This document shows positions 16,585-31,800 of a DNA stretch of 64,000 nucleotides, piece by piece. The position numbers and the translations under genes are program-made. Numbering within the stretch: position 1 is the stretch's first letter; every line of letters begins with the position of its first letter. The stretch is from NCBI RefSeq assembly GCF_009914755.1, contig NC_060934.1, one strand, 5' to 3'. Below the pieces are notes generated by a model that saw only the letters and a program-made list of their open reading frames with translations, was not told the origin of the DNA and did no database searches. Origin of the DNA: the human T2T-CHM13v2.0 reference genome, Homo sapiens.

Positions 16585-17269
16585 AAAAAAAAAAAAAAAA
16601 AAAAAAAAAGAATTGTCATAATAGGCCTGAATGCCCCCTCCCAGTTTCTTTCATTTTACTCTATTATTTACCAACAATTAAAAAATGGGGAAAATTATTT
16701 AGGGCTGTTCAACTAGATATATACAAGTGTAGAGTGAGGAGCTTTAAGACATGAATGTCAGCTGAAGTGTTACAGCAGCATTCATTTGAACTGGCATATG
16801 GCTAAAGTGAAATCTGATTGTGGTTTTTTTCCCAAACTTCTGTAACGAGTGATGGATATGCTCAGAGAAGCAATTATTATAATAATTTTGTATACATATA
16901 GAAAAGACAAGACATTGAGTTGTTCCCCCTTCACCATTGTCTCTTCACTCCTGTGATTTGTGGGAAAATGTATGGAAAGGCACCAGTTTCTAATATTATA
17001 GTCATCTCAATATACAAATCCTGCTCAATGAATTTTACTGTGACCCTTTTGAATGACTGTGCAGAAACCTTAGCAATGTGGAAATTTGTAATCCCTTTAT
17101 AAAGTTATCTGATTTTGAGAGGGACACCTTTCCAAGGTAAAAGTTATGAAGAAGATCACAATTCAATTAAGCTTATTTTGTTTCTGTCATCTCCTGTAAG
17201 TATGCACTGCATTAAAAACTACAGAATGACTACATTGGCAGGATCAAGGTTCACATATTGTTAGTGATC

Positions 17270-17560
17270 AGTCGTATCAATAATATGGCACTTGAAACGC
17301 TGTGATGAAAATGGCACTTATCTCTGTAGTCTTCTTCTTCCTCAGAATGTCCTAATTCTAGTCTAATCATGAGAAAAACATCAGACTATCCCAAATTGAG
17401 GGACATTCTACAAAACACTTGTCAAGTATTTCTCAAAAACAAGGAAGGGAGATAAGACAAATAAATACAAGATGATATTCTGGATGGGATCCCGGACCAG
17501 AAAACGGACCATAAGTATAAGCTAAGGAAATCTGAATAAAAGTATGGAGTTTAGTTTCAA
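17270..17560 (+). mobile_element. Old L1MC-type 3'UTR fragment
   Basis: Resembles L1MC 3'UTR (ctagtctaatcatgagaaaaacatcagac...cccaaattgagggacattctacaaaa). Confidence 0.65.
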
Positions 17561-19678
17561 AAGGAAACAAAACCCTATAGATTGCTTCATCATTCAAGTT
17601 TAAAACAAGTTTTATTGATACACCATTCAGTTTTTTGGCAGCATCATAGAACAATGCCAAATTTTGCATCCAATGGCAGTGACTTGATAACAAATGTGAG
17701 ATGTTTCCTGGGACTTAATTCATTTGATTAACGCACCGATCACTATTACCAAACAACTTAACATGGTAAAAATTTTGCTCCATTTTATTCTTTTCTGCTT
17801 AGTAATTTCTATACTAAGAATGATATACGGGCTTTCTCCATTTCAAGAATGGATGGTGTTCTCAAAGACCATTTGAGAACAGTTGTTTGGACCCTGGATA
17901 CATTTTCCTGTGATACTTGTATACTAAGTAGTAAGTGTCTTGTCACGTACATATCAAATAAATACTAATGGTTCTTTAAAATATACATGTGATTATTACC
18001 ATTGGTAGTTAACTGCTGTATAGACTTACTTATGAATTTCATTTTAAAATACTGATGCCTAGTCCCAAATCTCGAAGTTTTATCGAGTCTGTTTTTCACA
18101 CAACCCATATTCTAATATGAATCTTGGGAAGGGAAGGAACCTCTGGTCTGTTATAGTTCTATTTCAAACATCCAAGACGTATTTTCCCCAACTACTGTTT
18201 GGGCATTAAATCAGGGTCTCCTGCCTGCCTGTTTTGCGTACCAGGAGTTGAAAGCAGGACTCCATGAAATGAAAACCTCTGGTATTATTTTCCCGAAGCA
18301 AGAGCTTTAGGAGCCTAGGATTGGAGGACAGGATTGGGAAGAGGACGATTGAGTAGCAAAAAGAGAAACTACAGGTACCAGGACTCTCTGCAAAGTTTGT
18401 ATCTCTCAAGACACTTGGAATAATAGAACTGTCAAGCTGTAAGTGAGCTTCGTAGACATGTCCAATGCAAACCCTTCGTTTTGCAGAAAAGGGGATATCT
18501 TGCACAAGTTGGCCTGGGGCTAGCTTCCTGATAATTTCTTTTGTTATACTCCTAGAGGCCATGGAGGGTAACTTGTAATCTTATTTTCTTCTTTCCACAC
18601 ATTGCATTATACTGTCTTTTTATTGTTTGACCCACTACAACCATGACTATATCCCTAAGCCTTCTGTACATGAAGTTATGCAAAATTCATCAGAGATTTC
18701 CTATTCAGAAGATCGCTGCTAGTAACCATAGAGAAAAGGTGCAGCCTGGATTCTTATAAACATGAGAGAACACAGCAAAAATTTGGAAGCCAGAAATAAA
18801 AGCTGACTTCTAGTGTTTAAGTCCTGCCTTAACTTTCTGTTCCCAGTTCAATATTTCGACTGATCCCTTTGATTAATATTATAATTAAGACTAGTTTTAA
18901 GGTTTAAGATTAAATGTTTCCATCTTTCTTTGAATACCCTCCATTTAACAAATGACCTGCAAAACAAAGCAAAGACTCTTCTTAGTCTTCGGGTAGAAAA
19001 GGGATTTTTAAATTTGAAGGCAAAACGTGATTTGTCTTTAGCTATCCCTTCTTTAGAAATGAAGGCTATGGCAAAGATGTCCTCATGGAAATTGCAATGA
19101 GAGCTCTGTAGTAATGCATGATTTTTCCAGGGTGGCGTGAAGCAATAACATGAAGATGAGGGACGTTTACCTGCAGGCCTGAGTTGCTGCAGCAGTGAAA
19201 GCAGGAGGAGGAGTCATTTTCATCTATCTTCTTTCTCATTAAACCTCACCTCTCTGGCCCTGGGTAGCCATGCCATAATAGTCACCAACTCTGGACCACC
19301 CTGGTCTACAATAAAAAGCAAACAACTCAGGACTGAGGTTCAGAGAGACGCAGAAGAAAATGAAGAAATTAACTTGCACTGAGATGAGAGAGAATTTCCT
19401 CAGATCCCAGCTTCTAATGGCTGTGCATTTATATAAAGGAAATATCTATTCTGGCATGAATAAAGTTGAGAACTTCATGCATTTTTGTTTGAATACATAT
19501 ATGAGATTATTGATATTCTGTAAAGCAAAAAAGAATCATCACTAAATAACTTAATAAATGAACTTTTCATTATGGCCAATGATTCCGTTAAAGTAACATA
19601 TACCAAAAGGGAGAAAACCTTGAATTCTTTTCTGGCCAGTTCTTTATTCATGGACCTTTTTTAGAAAAAGAAAAATTT

Positions 19679-20007
19679 GGCCAGGCACGGTGGCTCACAC
19701 CTGTAATCCCAACACTTTAGGAGGCCAAGGTGGGTGGATCACTTGAGTTCAGGAGTTGGAGACCATCCTGGCCAACATGGTGAAACCCTGTCTCTACAAC
19801 AACACAAAAATTAGCTGGGTATGGTGGCATGTGCCTGTAGTCCCAGCTACTCAGGAGGCTGAGGCAGGAGACTCACTTGAACCCAGGAGGTAGAGGTTAC
19901 AGTGAGTCCAGATCACACCACTGCACTCCAGCCTGAGTGACAGACGGAGACTCAGTCTCAAAAAAAAAGAAGGAGAAGGAGAAGAAGAAGAAAGAAGAAG
20001 AAAAAAG
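19679..20007 (+). mobile_element. AluS (Sz/Sx-like) with GAA-rich tail
   Basis: Full dimer; TSD AAAAGAAAAATTT on both sides. Confidence 0.9.
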
Positions 20008-21715
20008 AAAAGAAAAATTTATTTCAAACTGTAAAAAAATTTCAAGATTAATTATTTAAAATGAATATTTGCCAATACATTTAAAGCTGACAATGGGTGG
20101 TATATTCTCATTCATCTTTTACAAATGCTGCTCTGATATTTGAATTTTTAAAACATCTCTTTTGAGTACCTGTGGACTTTCATTTTTGGCCTTTAATTTT
20201 ATTGGAACACACACAGGCAGGAACCACGTTGTAGGCAAGAACACGTAAGTGCTTAGCTGTAGGGAGGCCAAAATTGTTCTAGACTGAAATGTGTAGTAAA
20301 AGAACGTATTACTCAAATATATTTTATAACTTTTACATTTGCCTTTGTTTTTCAAATATAAGGACATTACAAAAACTGCAGATAGAATCAGATAGTAAAA
20401 ATTATTATAGCCCAGAAGTCAGAATGGCAGTCTTCTATGCCTAGGTCTTTATGACCTTAGCTAAAGTCATTTAACATCTCCAGATTAGTTCCTTTATTTA
20501 AAAAAAAGCAATGTGGAGGTTAAACTAGATGAGGTCCACTGTTTTGAAGTGTGTTGGCATTTTAAGATTTTGAGATAAAAACATCTTTAAAATGGTGACT
20601 CTCTGCTGTCATGTTTAAAAGGAAAATTATTTATGTGGAATAAGCATAAATATGCTATGATGTGAAACATGCCCAAGGTCCTAATTTTTCCGGTGTTTAA
20701 TTATTGAAACCAATCACTTATCAGCAGCTGGTTTACCCAGGTGCAAAATAGAAGTAAAAGTATTTGTTATCTTATCTTCACAAAGAATCAGCCAGGATAA
20801 ATTAAATAAGAGAGATTTTAAAGTCGTAGAAGAAAGGTGCTTTCTAAATACAGAATATTTGCATTACTATCATTCTTATTATGCAGCAGATATACGAAAT
20901 GCAATTTTCCTGTATATTCCCGTTGGCTATAGCTCCTCAAGAAAATGTATTTGAAAAATAAGTGGAACTATTTCATGACTAGAGTGCTCAAAGAAAAGTC
21001 TATTTCTGAAAACCACAATTTTGGAAATAGCAGGAGCAAACTAACGTTATCTCAAATTCCCTGAAGAAGAGATTATATTTTCCAGAGTAAATTGATATAA
21101 TGAAATACTTCAGATTCATTAAATTACTTTTACACTTTCTATTTCTTTAAGTTATTCCTTCCACTGCTAAAAGGATGGTGATTACACCTAGATGCTGTAC
21201 AACAAGAATACATTAGAAATTGGCCCTTTTTGCTTAGAATTTTAGAAGTCTTCTTGTTTAAAGAGATTTTTTAAAACTTTATAGTAATAGGTACTTTAGA
21301 AAATTTTTTAATTTGAAAACATGATTTAGCAGAAAATAACTCCCCATACAAAGAAACGCTAAGATGGTTCTTTTTGATTTCCAATGAAGTCAAAAGATTC
21401 TGCCTTCAAAGCTTAGTTGTCAATAAGACTCTTTGTATAGCAATTAAATTAATAAGAGATGATTGATGACTTGATTATAGAATCTACCCATTTTTATTTT
21501 AGTGTCTAAGCTTATTTAATTTCAAGCATTTGAAAATCGAGGGAATAAGGACATGTATCTCCTAACATTTTCCACGTACACAAAAAGTTGCACAATGAGG
21601 CAACAGTCCCTGTAGTTTAAGCCCAAATCACATCTTCCTTTTAAAACGTGAAAATATCTTTTATTGGTTCAGTTTTCAATGCTACTTTCTCTCTATATAG
21701 GTATTCTTCTGACAG

Positions 21716-22116
21716 AAGTAAATAAAATATTTATTATTATATATTAAATAATATATTAATAATTAATAAATAATACTTTAAAAATATATACTTTAATATA
21801 TATTTAAATATATATTAAGATATATTTAAATATATACTTTAATATATATTTAAATATATATTTAGATATATTTAAATATATATTTAGATATATTTAAATA
21901 TATTTAAATATACTTTAATATATATTTAAATATTTTTTATATATTTAAATATTATAAAATATTTAAATAATACTTTTTTAAAAAACTTTTTAAAATATAT
22001 ATATTTAAATATACTTTAAATATATATTTAAAATATATTTAAAAATATTAAAAATATTAAAAATATAAAAAAATAAAATATATAAAAAAATTTAAAAGAA
22101 TACTTTTTATTTACTT
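21716..22116. repeat. AT-rich quasi-palindromic minisatellite (ATATATTTAA-type units)
   Basis: ~400 bp almost entirely A/T, with repeated palindrome ATATATTTAAATATAT and a 12-bp inverted repeat at the borders. Confidence 0.85.
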
Positions 22117-22830
22117 TTCCAGACTTGCAGATTAGTCAATACACTAAGCTTTATTAAATCAGGAACAGTTATCACATAAAATCCTGTGTACCAAATGTTC
22201 ATTCAGTACATGGCCAGCATTATATTTTGGATATATCATAGACCAGATCTATATATTTTGGGCTTAAGGCTCACTTTCTCAATGTTCTTACTCCTTTTTC
22301 AAACTGTTTCTGTAGATAATTATTTACAGATTGCAGTGCTCTTTGGTTACATAAAAAATGAAAGAGGATTTCTGGGCATTTATCTGAACATTTAAGTAAG
22401 CTGGGATTCTGAATTGATTTTTCCACTAAATTTATACTTATTACTTAAGTGTATATTTATCAGTATTCCCAGAAAGGCTAAGACATTGAAGAAATCGGAG
22501 TTGGAAGGACAAAGTCACTAGCAGAACCAGGAACACAAGTGATGAGCTTTTGATAAGCCAGGATGCTCTCTTGTAGCATTTTAAAATCCAGGGTAGACCT
22601 TGATGTTCTTACTGAATCTCATCTTACCTACTACAGTTATGGAATAAGAAATAAACTCAGTCATACATGACAGTTCATGTGTGTTTACTAAAACATTTTA
22701 TTTTCGTAGTTTTCCCCAAGAATTGATCGATCTAAACTCAAGAGGAAATGAAAGTATACTGAAGAGCAGATGAGTCCAGGCAAAGCCAGGCTAACTGATT
22801 TGCATGTGGATTGGTAGATGTTAACACCAT

Positions 22831-22831
22831 T

Positions 22832-22878
<47 letters not shown>

Positions 22879-22881
22879 TTT
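22831..22881. repeat. (TTTA)12 tetranucleotide STR
   Basis: Read directly from the sequence. Confidence 0.95.
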
Positions 22882-23634
22882 GTTGGAGGCACTTAGAGTA
22901 GACTTCTGTAGCTCATTTGGATTATGGATGACCTGGGCTAAAACTAATAGGGCTATATTTGCCTTTTGTTCTGTTGGCTCTGAATTACCCATCTGGAACT
23001 ATAGTTATGTTCCTTTTGCATGTGGACTTTACTTTTAAATGGTACATAATATTGTCTGCTTTGTAAAATAATGCTGAGTTACTTCTGTTATTGGAATGGC
23101 AAGGTGAAAGTAAAATTCTGAGTTTCACAAATTTTGTCCTGGGTTGAAACATTATATTTGGTTTCCAATACATAGGGAGAGATGTTTAGTTCTTAATAAT
23201 AATGGTCAGTCATAAGGTGTAGCATCTGACTCTGTTAATTTAAAATGACAGAATTGATTCAAGGGTATTACATCAAGAATGGAAAACAATTGTGAATAAT
23301 AAGGGACACTTGATTCTTATTCCTTGGTTTTGTAGAGACTGGTAATATTGGAAGAAATGGAAATATAATAACTAATGACTATTATCTATTTTCCAAAGAA
23401 ATGTGAATATGATACTGTGCAGATACGTGATTTTAGAAAGAGAGATGGGGAAGGGGAGGAAGAGACTGAGATTATTCTATTATTGTTTTCTTGTTTCTAA
23501 ACCATGCATATGTATCTTGGTCTCATTTTTATACTTGTAACTTTACATTTTTATTGTTTTTAGAGCCTCCTTTGGTGAATAAACAGAAATGAAAAGGTGA
23601 AAATCAAATCAACTTTGTTACTCCTTAGTTCTTA

Positions 23635-23976
<342 letters not shown>

Positions 23977-24861
23977 GAGTCGCCTATAAGGATTAGCTAT
24001 TGTCTGTGGTTTCTAATCACCATAGCCCCAGATGAATCTTATAATCGGACATATTTGAGAAATGATGTATTACTTCTGCCTTCTTCACACAACATACTTA
24101 TCTTGTTGTATATTTGTATTGTGTGTTGTTAACCTACTTTATGGCTTTATAAGCTCCCTATAGGTATAAGCACAGAAGGCATGTCAGTGTTTGCACTTTT
24201 CTGGGAAGAGAATTCACAGCTTTTGCCCTATACTAAAATAATAATAACAATAATAATTTTTTTAAAAAATCATTGTCTCAAACTAAATTAAAAATGATTA
24301 GAAAATGTGTTATATACTATTTTATATTTTAAGCAACTAAATACCAGAAACTGCATTTCTTACTAAAAGTATTTCTGCTAGCATTTGACAACTGTCCTCC
24401 CCTAAACACTGTTGCACAAATGGATTTTAAAATTGCATGAAACTGGGCCTAATTCCTCAGACCCAGTATCCCACAGTAATAAGTTGGATAGGAACTTGGG
24501 TTGCACATTTATCTCCTCAGGCAAAAGAAGGTTGTTTAATAAAATAACAGGTATTTACTTAACCATTTATTTAGCCATCTTCCTCACTTAAACTTTTATC
24601 AATTCTAAAGAAAACAGAACATAATTAATTAATTCAAATTATCTTCAAATAATTCTCAAGTAAAGAAAAAGAATGAAAATGTCCCTCCCAGTTATGGCAA
24701 GAAACAGTTAAATATCCGAAAAATCTAAAACATCCACAGTTTAGCCCCTTTATATAGGTTCATTATGCAGTGATTTTCATGTTAAAACAACTATTAATTC
24801 AAAAAGTGAAAGTGTGTGCAGAGTCTCTGTGAAAATGTGACTCTTGTCTCTAAAAATAATC

Positions 24862-25374
24862 TGCCGAGACCAGCTCGGTCGGGGAGACCCTAACCCAGCG
24901 GTGCTAGAGGAATTAAAGACGCACACACAGAAATATAGAGGTGTGAAGTGGGAAATCATGGGTCTCACAGCTTTCAGAGCTGAGAGCCCCGAACAGAGAT
25001 TTACCCACATATTTATTAACAGCAAACCAGTCATTAGCATTGTTTATATAGATATTAAATTAACTAAAAGTATCCCTTATGGGAAACGAAGGGATGGGCC
25101 AAATTAAAGAAATACGTTGGGCTAGTTAAATGCAGCAGGAACATGCCTTTAAGGCATAAATCGCTCATGCTATTGTTTGTGGCTTAAGAATGCCTTTGAG
25201 TGGTTTTCCGCCCTGGGCGGGCCAGGTGTTCCTGGCCCTCATTCCTGTAAACCCACAACCTTCCAGTGCGGGCATTAGGGCCATTATGAACATGTTACAG
25301 TGCTGCAGAGATTTTGTTTATGGCCAGTCTTCGGGCCAGTTTATGGCCAGATTTTGGGGGGCTTGCTCCCAACA
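24862..25374 (-). mobile_element. MER9a solo LTR of HERV-K9 (HML-3)
   Basis: 513 bp with TG...CA termini; the minus strand starts TGTTGGGAGCAAGCCCCCCAAAATCTGGCCATAAACTGG. 5-bp TSD TAATC at 24857-24861 and 25375-25379. Confidence 0.88.
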
Positions 25375-25945
25375 TAATCCAACAAGAAAAATAAATGCAT
25401 ATAAAATATTAAGCAAACTAAGATTTCTTGAGTGGAAAAGATAAACAGTTATGGTTACTTTTCTATATTATTTGACTTTCCCAAAAATCAGGACCTGAAA
25501 CAAGTACAAACAGAATGGAGGATCAAGAGGACGACTATTCAAAGACCGCTTCAAAATGTATCTTACCAATAAGATAAAATCACACAACTAGGTAGTGTTT
25601 TAAAAATTCACCTAGTAATGTTAGCAAAGTAATTAGCAAAGACTAGCAAAGCGTGATTACAACATTACCAATATCTTTGCATCAAAACGTGAAATATTTT
25701 AACTATAATTGGTACTTCCCGTATATAGGGAAGTATATATTTAAGTGGATTTTGATGGTTAAAGAGAAAATTTCTACCATTTAAGATGAAACTTAATATA
25801 CTCATCCTATTAATTAAATACTATCAGTAATTAGTCAGGTAATAGCTATAAACAAAGTCGAGAGGTCTTTGCTGTAGATATGCAAACATAAAGTAACTGC
25901 CTTATAACTTTTGCGCCCTGTATCTGCCTTTTGTTAGCAATGTTG

Positions 25946-26216
25946 CCTTTCTCTTCTTTTCCTTCCTTTCCTTTCTCTTCTTTTCTTTCCTTTCTTTTCT
26001 TTTCCTTCTTTTCCTTTCCTTTCCTTTTTTTCTCCCTTTCCTTCCCCCTTCCCCCTTCCCCACGCTTCCCCCTTCTCCCCCCGCCTCCTTCCCTCCCCTT
26101 CCCTCCCCTTCCCTCCCCTTCCCTCCCCTTCCCTCCCCTTCCCTCCCCTTCCCTCCCCTTCCCTCTCCTTCCCTTCCCTTCCTTCCTCTCTTTCTTTCTC
26201 TTTCTCTGTCTTTTCT
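25946..26216. repeat. Polypyrimidine/polypurine tract including (CCCTCCCCTT)7 at 26091-26160
   Basis: Read directly from the sequence. Confidence 0.93.
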
Positions 26217-26434
26217 AAGCTGTGTTGGCTATTTCAGAACTATTGTTTATTCCTATTGCTCTAGGACCAGAAGAGCAGGGCCCAAGACCAATGTAAAAAA
26301 GCCCCCAACCTTCTTGCCAAAATGTCTCATCCTCAGACTCACTGGATAGCTACTTATCTCCTGGGCCATTTTAATCCACCCCAAAAATCTTGTGTGACTT
26401 ATGGAACTTCCTGAGGCTTTCAGAAGATATAGAA

Positions 26435-26612
26435 CTATAGATTTTAACTCTTACTGTGCATCAAAATCACCTGGGAGCTTTTTAAAAGTAGGGATGTCTA
26501 GGTAGCACCTCCAGAAATTTCTCATTCACTTGGTCTGTGGCAAGGCTTAAATTAATTGTTTTTAAAAGATGCTCAGGTAGCTGTAATGTGCAACAAAAGG
26601 CTAGAATCCCTC
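26435..26612. mobile_element. MER5A/B (hAT-Charlie MITE)
   Basis: Matches tgcatcaaaatcacctgggagctttttaaa...ttggtctgtgg...caggtagctgtaatgtgca pattern. Confidence 0.65.
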
Positions 26613-26758
26613 CACTAATCTATGTGTACTTCCAGCCTAACTTCACAAGGCCCCAAAATGAGAATTTTGGGGGTGCTTTCAAGGATTACAAATAATAACA
26701 CCATACTTTGAATATATGAAATGGTATCAAAATAGTCTGAAAGAGTTCACCCTGTTTG

Positions 26759-26953
26759 TTAGCTGGGCGTAGTGACGCACACGTGTAATCCCAGCTACTT
26801 GGGAGGCTGAGGCACGAGAATAGCTTGAAACCTGGGAAGTGGAGGTTGCAGTGAGCCAAGATTGCACCGCTGCACTCTAGCCTCAGCCTGGGTGACACAG
26901 CAAGACTCTGTCTAAAAAAAACAAAAAGCAAAAAACAAAAAACCAAAAAAACA
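26759..26953 (+). mobile_element. 5'-truncated Alu (right arm only)
   Basis: Begins at ttagctgggcgtagtg; TSD TTCACCCTGTTTG on both sides. Confidence 0.88.
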
Positions 26954-26999
26954 AGTTTCACCCTGTTTGCACCTGAGATTTCTAAATCCAACAAACACG

Positions 27000-28811
<1,812 letters not shown>

Positions 28812-31800
28812 TAGATTAAGATTTCTTTCTTTTCTCTTGTTTTGTCTTTCATCATTAATTACCATGATTCCTAAATCAGTTCCAAATACTTTGCGGCAGA
28901 CATGTCATAATTAGACACAAAGTGGGCTAAATTATGCAGTCAACGACTAAAAATAAAATAACACCTTGCTTTTTAGAAAACCTCTTCATGTTAAGTGTAA
29001 GGTAAACACATTTACTTAAAGAAGAGTCATTAAGAACTTCTTACCCAACTAATTTTCTATAATCTTTATTTCCTTAGTTCTGAGTGGTGCTTACTAACAA
29101 TTATGCACCCTAACAACAATTACAATAATTTAAATGTAAATATAAATACATATAAAGGGAAATCGAAGAGATATATATGAAGTAAATGGTGTTGTAGTAG
29201 CAATTCTGTGATTCTGTAGTTGCAAGTACCTATTTCTAGTCCTAACAGTTTGAATATTTTATATAGTTTATTTCACACACACTGTCTGTATACATATGTA
29301 TACACATATACATACATCTATATATTCATGAAGATGATGATGACACTTTGTACAAGTTCATACATTAAATACATTGCATGAATGTGGTGTAAACAATATG
29401 AAAACGTACTCTACTTTGCATTTATTTGAAATATAAATTTTAAAACTGACATAGTGTCACAAGAATTAGAAAAAAATGTACTCTTATGACTAACTGCATT
29501 TCAAGACGGTGTGGCTATAAACCCTAATTGAGAATGCAGATTGATTTCCACCTCTCTGCTGAACATAGAGGAGTTCCTGATATCAGACACCAGTACAGTA
29601 TGTGAGGAACTCCCTGAGACTGTGTACAGTGCAGTAAACAGTTACCGTTGCCATCAGGGGTCAGGAGAAATCCCCTTCCTTAAAAGTACATTGACCCAGT
29701 ACTATTTTTATATTTGTCTATTTGTATTGCAGTTGGAATTTCTGACTTGAACAGGTAGAAAGATGTTATTTACTTAAATATTAGATGAGAAGGTTTTAGA
29801 GCCATATGCCTCACTGAATTGGTATTATGCTTCCCTTAACACTGGTTGGAGATACTGTAGTAATATCACCTGTGACTTGAAAGTCCATAGTGTGCCTTTG
29901 ACAATATGAGTATTTTCAGTTCTGGGAGAAAAAAAAAAAAAAGTAAGGTTCTAGACAAACCTCTTGCTTTTCTGAACCCTACCAATTAATGTAGCCATGG
30001 ATTTATTTTTTAAGAACTTTGGTTTTGTGGCAAATCATAATTGTCTGTATAGCTAATAAAGATTCATTAACAGCATTATACATGAACTGCTTTGATTTGG
30101 AGGTGTTCGGACATACAGGCAGGAAAGAGGACAGAGCTCCCTGCCATACAGGATTTATTTTCTGGTGTGTTTATATAGTTGCGTATTTCTAAAACAGTCT
30201 CCAAATGAAGCAGTATAAGGGACAGAATTTCTCAGAGAGTGATTGTAGGACTGTTATAGGTCCTTAAATATTATTTTTTAAAGACGAAGGACAATAAAGC
30301 TACTATTTTTGTTGACAAAAAAAAAATCAGTGTTACAACTTTGTGAACTCTTAGAAGTTTGATAACTTAAATGGTGATCTTTGAAGTTACCAGTGAGATA
30401 TTACATGAAATATAGGAATTTACTTAAGATTTTTGAAATACTGAAAATAACTTACAGGCACTGAAATCATTTCAAGCTAGAGAACTGAATACCAAGCTGA
30501 TAGTGCAAATCTTCTAGAAGATCCTCTGAAAAGCAAATGAGGAGGTACAAACAAAATTTTGATTAGCCTCAAAATTGGGAAGAATTTAATGTGGGCATAT
30601 AAAAGTTAGCTTAGTTTAAAAACAAAAATTTGCATGTGTGCTCTCGTGTGTGTGCACACATGTGTATGCTCATTTCTGTGTATTCATGTGCATGTTTGAG
30701 TATATATATCATATATATACATATATATGTATATATAATCTCCATCCCCAGAGAAATACCAGATAGCCTAATTTTCCTCTCATGGATATTATATTTTACT
30801 CTTTTAGACAGATGTTTATATATAATGAACACCATAGTCCTAAGAATTAATTGAGATTGGAACTATAGCCCACTTTGCAAAAACTGTAGATATTACTGCT
30901 GAGTGATAAATTCAAAATGGATCATTGGGTACAACTTCTACATCGGGACGGAGTGCACGTCCTTAACCTTTTACGGCCACATCAGCTTTTGTTGTCTTGT
31001 ACATCCACAACACACTGTAGGACAATCAGAATGCCTATATTGTCTTCAGTATTCAATGTGGACCAGCCACTTAAGTGATCACTAATACCTTATTTTCCCA
31101 ATTCTTGCCACTTACTAATTGCCTGATAATATTACTTTTGGGGTATTAAAATATTATCTGTGATTGTTCATCTTTTACATACATTCAATGATGCTGGAAT
31201 TGGGAGTTTGGCCTCATCACTTTGCCCATAATTGTACATAACATTGTCACGGAATATAATCAATCACCATAAGGGTAACAGTGTACCATCAGAGTTAGGA
31301 GTAAGATGTAGGCAGAGACCAGTTCTTTTGTGATTACAGAAGTTTTACTCTCCTCTGAGAATGACGCATGCAAGATAATCTTGTCAATATTATAACGTGC
31401 TATTGAAGCAATATCTAAGCAATAAATCTTCATATAAGCTAATTTCATATTTATGTACACAGTGCTCAACATGTTAATACAAAGTATATAATACTTAGTG
31501 TCTTAGTTTAGCAGTAATGTTGAGCAGGTAAATGACATTTCAAGATAATACCATAAGTTACACTTTAATTTTAAAATAGTATTTTAAAAAATTTCCCAGA
31601 AATAAGATTATAAAATTATAAACCCTCCAGTGGAGTATAAAGAATTTAGAAATTTGAATTTTTGAACTTCATTTCCTGTTAGAGTGAAGTTAAGAATGTA
31701 GTTTTCTCATCACTGTTTGACATACAGATTGTGTTTGTGTGTGAAGGTAGTTACACCCTTCACAGACTTTTTAGCATTTCTTAATTTTTATCATTCATGT

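Noticed and set aside
18150-18600. Possible old LTR remnant and 118-aa minus-strand ORF (also 6440-6760)
   Set aside because: Could not assign a family or boundaries by eye.
25931-26218. Pro/Phe/Ser-rich 95-aa ORF
   Set aside because: Translation of a C/T low-complexity tract.
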